Assembly (NCBI GenBank): GCA_945903795.1
Contig: CAMDPE010000001.1
Coordinates: 1-44,071 of the forward strand
Reading direction: 5' to 3'
Source: Lutibacter flavus
Lineage (GTDB): Bacteria; Bacteroidota; Bacteroidia; Flavobacteriales; Flavobacteriaceae
DNA length: 44,071 bases
The notes under the pieces are model-generated. The model ran no database searches and was not told the origin of the DNA. It worked only from the letters and a program-made list of their open reading frames with translations. The position numbers and the translations under genes are program-made. Positions 38,983-44,071 of the stretch are shown here, piece by piece (positions within the stretch are counted from its first letter, which is position 1; every line of letters starts with the position of its first letter).

Positions 38983-41900
38983 ATGATAAAAAAATACCCA
39001 ATTCTTAAAAAATTGCCCCCATTTATTTTTCTTTTTTTTTCAGTTATTGCTTTTTCGCAAATCACGCAACGTGGTGTTGCTACAACAGGCACAAGTACAA
39101 ACTCCGGTTTAACTATTCCTAAACCAGCAGGTATTGCCGTTGGTGATATAATGCTCGCGAATATAGCCCAAGGTTTTCATAATAATTCGGATAAAATCAA
39201 CCCTACTTCTTTGGGTTGGACATTAATAAGTAGTGAATACCTTGGTGACAAAAAAAACAATAGAGAAAGCAAAGGTTCTGTTTTATATAAAATAGCTACT
39301 GCGGATGATGTTGATGCTAAAGTAAAGAATTATACTTTTGTTTTAGATGATGATAACAAAAGTGCCGTCGGCGCTATCGTTGCGTTTTCGGGAGTTGACA
39401 TAATGAGTCCTTTTGATGTTACACCAGGTTCTATTAATGCAGATGACAGTAAGATTGTAACTGCCAAATCTGTAACCACTGTTACTGCAAATGCTGCAAT
39501 TATAATGCTAGCACAAGTTGGTAACGATCGTTCATATACAAATTGGGAAACTACCAATTCCCCTGACGAACTTGAAGAAATATATGATGAAGAATATGAT
39601 GATGATGGTGGTGTATCTGTTGGTGGAGCTTGGGCAACTAAAGCTACTTTAGGAGCAACAGGAGAAGGTACTGCCAATTTGTCCAACAATGACGAAGAAA
39701 GAAATGGTGGTATTTTGTTAGCCTTAAGGCCATATATAGATCCAAATACTTCAACCGAAATATTTACAACCCCTGGCACAAGCACTTTTACGGTACCTTC
39801 TTGCGTATCAAGTTTAACTATTCAGGCTTGGGGCGGCGGTGCCAGTGGTGGAACAGATGATAAAAAAGATTCAAAAGATTCGCGAGGCGGCGGCGGCGGC
39901 GGCGGGTATGTAACCAACACTTATCTTGATGTTACTGCAGGTGAAACAATTGTTATTAAAGTGGGTGCTGGCGGTATTATTACTGATGCAAAAAAAGACA
40001 AACCAGGGGTTAATGGAGGCAATTCTAGTTATGACTATTCCGGTCTGGTCACGGCAGGTGGCGGTAAAGCAGGTGGTGAAAAGGACTTAAATCCAGATAA
40101 AGGTGGTGCTGGTGGTGCTATTAGCGGTGATTCTGGTTCAGGAAGTAAAAAAGGTGGTGATGGTGCGGACAGGGTTGATGGTAAGGATAAAGAAGGCGGC
40201 GGAGGCGGCGGAAGTGGACCAGGAGCTTCAAATGCCAATAGACAATCTGGAGGTAATCCTGGAGGTGGAGATGGAGGAGACAAGGAATCTGCAGGAAATA
40301 ATGGTGATGCACCAGGTGGAGGTGGCGGCGGAAAAGGTGGTGAAAGTGATAAAACCCAATCTGGTAACGGCGCCAACGGCCAAGTAATTATTACGTGGAA
40401 AAGTGGCAATAACACTTGGAACGGTTCTAAAAATAAAGATTGGAATAATGATGCAAACTGGTGTGTGGGTGTGCCAACAATAGGTTTCCCAAACACTTTA
40501 GATGTGGTGATTCCATCAGGCTTAACAAATTATCCAATAATATATGCAGGAGATGATCCGGGATATGTTAAAACTATAGTTTTTAAAAACAAAACCACTT
40601 TAAACGTAAAGGAAAATAGTTTACAGGTTACACACAATTTAAACCTAAACGAAAGTAGCAAAATAGATTTAGAAGGAGAATCCCAATTAGTGCAAGATCC
40701 TGGAAGTACTTTTAGTGGCACAGGCACTATAGAAATAGACCAACAGGGAACAGGAAATAGTTTTAGATACAATTATTGGAGTTCGCCGGTGAATTCTAAT
40801 TTTGCAGCAAAAAAATATTCTATTGGGGCCGTTTTAAAAGACGGTACAGATCCTAATAATTTAAAGGATATAAATTATGATTCGCCTTATGCTTTTGCTG
40901 ATGGGGATGTAACTTCTCCAATTAAATTAAGTAGCTATTGGATATACAAACTTGAAAATTCAAAGGGTTATGCCGCGTGGTTCCGTGTAGGTAATACAGG
41001 TGAAATGTCGGTAGGTGAAGGATATTCAATGAAAGGTTCAAATACTAGCGCAACCGAACAGAATTATACGTTCGTTGGCAAACCAAATAATGGAATTATT
41101 GAATTAGACGTAAATGCTGGAAATGATTATTTGGTAGGAAATCCCTATCCTTCAGCAATAGATGCAACACAATTTTTAATTGATAATGGGCCTGCAGGCA
41201 CTGGTATTATTGGGGATGGAGGCGCCTTGCATTTTTGGGAACATTATGGTGGTGACACCCATAATTTAGCGGGTTATCAGGCGGGTTATGCAACAAGAAA
41301 TTTATTAGATGGTGTCCCAGCTACTTCACCTTCAAATGTAAGTAGTGTGGTTCCTTTGGGAGTGATTAAAAAAGTACCAGGACCATATATTGCTGTTGGT
41401 CAAGCATTTTTTGTGGTGGGAGATTTTGGAGGTAAGATTCAATTTAACAATGGACAACGTGTTTTTGTAAAGGAATCACAGTTGGGTACTAATGGCGATC
41501 CGATTTCGGTATTTATGAAGTCGAGCAATATTAAAGAAAAAACTACCAAAACAGATCTTTCAGATCATAGGCCAAAATTCAGGATAGGTTTTGATGCCCC
41601 TAAAATTAGTCATAGACAAATATTATTGGGCGTTGATGAAAGAGCAACACAAGCGGTAGATTGGGGATTTGATGCAGAAATTTATGAAGTTTTTGCTGAT
41701 GATATGTATTGGATACTGAACAATAAAAAATATGTGATTCAGGGAACCAATGAAGTAGGATTGAACTCAGAAGTCCCATTAGGTATTCAACTCTCAAAAA
41801 CAGGCGTTGTAACGGTTAAAATAGATGCGTTAGAAAATGTTGATGATAACACTTCCATTTATTTAAAAGACAAATTAACGGGCGAATCCTTTAATTTGAG

Positions 41901-42273
41901 GGATAAAGCTGTACAATTGAATTTAACCGCAGGTAAATATACCGACAGGTTTGTAATTGTTTTTAAAATGCAAAAATTGGTGGCAGAAGATGTGGTGGCA
42001 GAAGTTTTAATCCCTGCAGCAGCGCAACCCATTATCGAAGGCATGCTCGTATTTATGAATAATACAATTAAGGAACTTCAAATAAAAAACAACAGCAATG
42101 AAGAAATATTGAACATTGCCTTGATAAATTCTTTAGGACAAACTATTAAAACTTGGAATTCCAACTTTAATACAATAACCATTTCTCTTCCTATAAACAG
42201 CGAAACTGGCGTATATCTTGTTCAAATAAATACCAAAAAAGGCGCCACCAATAAAAAAATAGTAGTGAATTGA
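38983..42273 (+). CDS. T9SS cargo protein 5 with glycine-rich domain; start re-called to MIKKYP at 38983
   Basis: -7 box lies inside the longer ORF; signal peptide; IQAWGGGASGG Gly-rich domain; shared DQQGTGNSFRYNYWSSP block; NSLGQ..TGVYLVQI tail. Confidence 0.9.
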   Translation: MIKKYPILKKLPPFIFLFFSVIAFSQITQRGVATTGTSTNSGLTIPKPAGIAVGDIMLANIAQGFHNNSDKINPTSLGWTLISSEYLGDKKNNRESKGSVLYKIATADDVDAKVKNYTFVLDDDNKSAVGAIVAFSGVDIMSPFDVTPGSINADDSKIVTAKSVTTVTANAAIIMLAQVGNDRSYTNWETTNSPDELEEIYDEEYDDDGGVSVGGAWATKATLGATGEGTANLSNNDEERNGGILLALRPYIDPNTSTEIFTTPGTSTFTVPSCVSSLTIQAWGGGASGGTDDKKDSKDSRGGGGGGGYVTNTYLDVTAGETIVIKVGAGGIITDAKKDKPGVNGGNSSYDYSGLVTAGGGKAGGEKDLNPDKGGAGGAISGDSGSGSKKGGDGADRVDGKDKEGGGGGGSGPGASNANRQSGGNPGGGDGGDKESAGNNGDAPGGGGGGKGGESDKTQSGNGANGQVIITWKSGNNTWNGSKNKDWNNDANWCVGVPTIGFPNTLDVVIPSGLTNYPIIYAGDDPGYVKTIVFKNKTTLNVKENSLQVTHNLNLNESSKIDLEGESQLVQDPGSTFSGTGTIEIDQQGTGNSFRYNYWSSPVNSNFAAKKYSIGAVLKDGTDPNNLKDINYDSPYAFADGDVTSPIKLSSYWIYKLENSKGYAAWFRVGNTGEMSVGEGYSMKGSNTSATEQNYTFVGKPNNGIIELDVNAGNDYLVGNPYPSAIDATQFLIDNGPAGTGIIGDGGALHFWEHYGGDTHNLAGYQAGYATRNLLDGVPATSPSNVSSVVPLGVIKKVPGPYIAVGQAFFVVGDFGGKIQFNNGQRVFVKESQLGTNGDPISVFMKSSNIKEKTTKTDLSDHRPKFRIGFDAPKISHRQILLGVDERATQAVDWGFDAEIYEVFADDMYWILNNKKYVIQGTNEVGLNSEVPLGIQLSKTGVVTVKIDALENVDDNTSIYLKDKLTGESFNLRDKAVQLNLTAGKYTDRFVIVFKMQKLVAEDVVAEVLIPAAAQPIIEGMLVFMNNTIKELQIKNNSNEEILNIALINSLGQTIKTWNSNFNTITISLPINSETGVYLVQINTKKGATNKKIVVN

Positions 42274-42419
42274 TTTTTTAATATTAAATTCTTCAATTTA
42301 TAATTTTTTAAAATATTATATGGTTAGCCATTTAAATATTTCAAATGGTAATAAAAATAAAACAAACGACATAATAACACAATTACTGCCTCGTTTATTT
42401 TACTAGCAGTCAGTCCGTT

Positions 42420-42464
42420 AAAGCTTATAAATAAAATAATTTATTTTATTTATAAGCTTTTTTT
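42420..42464. other. Perfect 20-bp-arm palindrome: terminator and/or operator overlapping the next promoter
   Basis: AAAGCTTATAAATAAAATAA-t-TTATTTTATTTATAAGCTTT then TTTT; TATTTTTG -7 box at 42467-42474. Confidence 0.75.
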
Positions 42465-42531
42465 ATTATTTTTGACGTCAGATTTTTTATATTTATTTAA
42501 ACAAAAATATTAATCAGACCCCTAACCATCA

Positions 42532-42675
42532 ATGATTAAAAAGAGTACCCCTAGGTATAAAAATTGGTTGCTTTTATCTTTAGCAATATTTTTATCTTCT
42601 CAGTTGTTTTCGCAAACTTTTAACAATAGCGCTTTCCGGTTTTTAATTAATAATTTAAAACCCCAAAACGTATGA
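42532..42675 (+). CDS. Signal-peptide-like upstream micro-ORF, 47 aa
   Basis: MIKKSTPRYKNWLLLSLAIFLSSQLFSQTFNNSAFRFLINNLKPQNV; stop overlaps the next start (ATGA at 42672-42675). Confidence 0.5.
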   Translation: MIKKSTPRYKNWLLLSLAIFLSSQLFSQTFNNSAFRFLINNLKPQNV

Positions 42676-44071
42676 AACTAAATTTACCCCAATTAAAAAA
42701 ATTTCTTCTTTTATCCGTGTTCTTAACTTTTTTGGGATTTGGGAATGTTGTTAATGGTCAATCAACAGGTTGGCTAAGTCCAGCCACAACAAAAGCAGAG
42801 AATAGCGTTGGTAATCAGGATAATGTTTTTGCATCAGATAATTTAAGGGCTACTTGGAATGATAGCGATGATTGGGCTGATTATGGGGATTTCAATATTA
42901 ATATTCCAGTAGGTTCAGTAATTTATGGAATTGAAGTCCGTGCTGAAGGATATCGTTCTGCTTCTGATGATAGAAATATGGATGTATTATTAAGTTTTGA
43001 CAATGGCTCAAATTATATATCTTCTCAACAATTACCAATTAATGTTTATTCTTCAGGGACTGAAAATTATTTTTCGGCAGGGAGCAATGTAGATACGTGG
43101 GGTCATTCTTGGTCGTTAACTGAATTAAATAATACAAATTTCAGGGTGAGGCTTGACGCCACGGGTGGTGGAGGAACATTGTTAATGGATCATTTACAGA
43201 TTAATGTTCATTATGGCCCTCCTACTTCCCCTTATATAATTACAACACCCGGGACAAGCACTTTTACCGTACCTTCTTGTGTAACCAGCATAACCGTTGA
43301 AGCTTGGGGCGGTGGCGGAAAAGGAAGTACAGGGACTTCAGATGGAGAATATGCTGGAGGAGGAGGAGGTGCTTATGCGAGAAGTGTTTTAACTGTTAGT
43401 CCAGGACAAATTTATGATATTTTCGTTGGTACAGGAAGTACAACAACTTCTGCAGGCGAAAGTTCAAGATTTAGATTACAACCGACAGGCACGGATCTTG
43501 TGAGGGCTGTTGGTGGGCAAAGTGTTGCTAATAATAATAATACAGGTACTTTAGGAGGATTAGCTTCTGCAAGTTTAGGGGATGTTACTTTTAACGGAGG
43601 AAGAGGAGCAAATGGTTCAAGTAATAATTATGGTGGTGGTGGTGGTTCTTCAGGAGGCACAAGTAGTAATGGTACTTACACTGCTTCAGTACAAAATAGG
43701 TTAGGTGGCACTGTTGCTGGTGGTGGAAGTGGTGGAGACGGTTCAACAACGGATGATGCATCTGGGAATACCGGTAATGGACCTGGAGGAGGTGGAAGTG
43801 GTGTGAGAAGAAATAATGGAAATGTAATTGGCGGCTCAGGTGCCAACGGCCAGGTTAAAATTACGTGGACAGTCGGTTCTGCACCAACAATTACAGGAAC
43901 AACACCTAATTCAAGATGTGGAACAGGAACTGTTGTTTTAGGAGCAACCGCTTCAGCAGGAACCATAAATTGGTACATTGCTGCAACTGGAGGCACTTCA
44001 ATAGGAACAGGAACTAGTTTTACCACGCCATCCATTTCAACAACTACAACTTATTATGTTGATGCAACCAA
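42672..44071 (+). CDS. Secreted array protein 6 (Gly-rich and Ig-like domains), truncated by window end; missing from ORF track
   Basis: Manual translation MKLNLPQLKKFLLLSVFLTFLGFGNVVNGQSTGWLSP...TTPGTSTFTVPSCVTSITVEAWGGGG...PTITGTTPNSRCGTGTVVLGATASAGTINWY. Confidence 0.9.
   Translation, partial: MKLNLPQLKKFLLLSVFLTFLGFGNVVNGQSTGWLSPATTKAENSVGNQDNVFASDNLRATWNDSDDWADYGDFNINIPVGSVIYGIEVRAEGYRSASDDRNMDVLLSFDNGSNYISSQQLPINVYSSGTENYFSAGSNVDTWGHSWSLTELNNTNFRVRLDATGGGGTLLMDHLQINVHYGPPTSPYIITTPGTSTFTVPSCVTSITVEAWGGGGKGSTGTSDGEYAGGGGGAYARSVLTVSPGQIYDIFVGTGSTTTSAGESSRFRLQPTGTDLVRAVGGQSVANNNNTGTLGGLASASLGDVTFNGGRGANGSSNNYGGGGGSSGGTSSNGTYTASVQNRLGGTVAGGGSGGDGSTTDDASGNTGNGPGGGGSGVRRNNGNVIGGSGANGQVKITWTVGSAPTITGTTPNSRCGTGTVVLGATASAGTINWYIAATGGTSIGTGTSFTTPSISTTTTYYVDAT

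Noticed and set aside
39330-40496. Pro/Ser-rich minus-strand ORFs (also 43676-44035)
   Set aside because: Antisense shadows of Gly/Asp-rich coding sequence
20893-44071. CRISPR array, diversity-generating retroelement, shufflon or mobile element as explanation for the array
   Set aside because: No regularly spaced repeats, reverse transcriptase, recombinase or transposase, and no adenine-specific template/variable repeat pair seen; all genes are co-oriented
1-44071. tRNA or rRNA genes
   Set aside because: No cloverleaf with T-loop/CCA signature or rRNA-like sequence recognised in any spacer

Overview
AT-rich Bacteroidota DNA, Flavobacteriaceae-like (inferred from gene content, TAnnTTTG promoters and T9SS C-terminal domains). 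Bases 1-20.4 kb are mostly housekeeping: lactonase, pheS, a REC/PEP-synthase-like gene, gdhA, holB, pgk, an aldo-keto reductase, trpS, plsC, hemolysin III, a LytTR response regulator with a LytS-type kinase, recO and a TonB-dependent receptor. Bases 20.9-44 kb are a tandem array of six mosaic, secreted paralogues (five with a visible T9SS tail; the sixth is cut by the window end). The best candidate for an undescribed system is a regulatory circuit absent from the ORF track. Directly after the LytTR/kinase pair, three 21-bp-period LytTR-type boxes and a perfect -7 promoter precede a ~125-nt structured RNA (about 16939-17064) with two GGGG-loop hairpins and a strong terminator. Its loops are complementary to CAAAACCCC / AACCCCAAA elements beside start codons of the array genes, their upstream micro-ORFs and, more weakly, the LytTR gene. 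The same 21-bp boxes recur upstream of several array genes, and one array promoter is bracketed by a 42-bp inverted repeat. The motifs were read by eye from the sequence; all functional links are inference.
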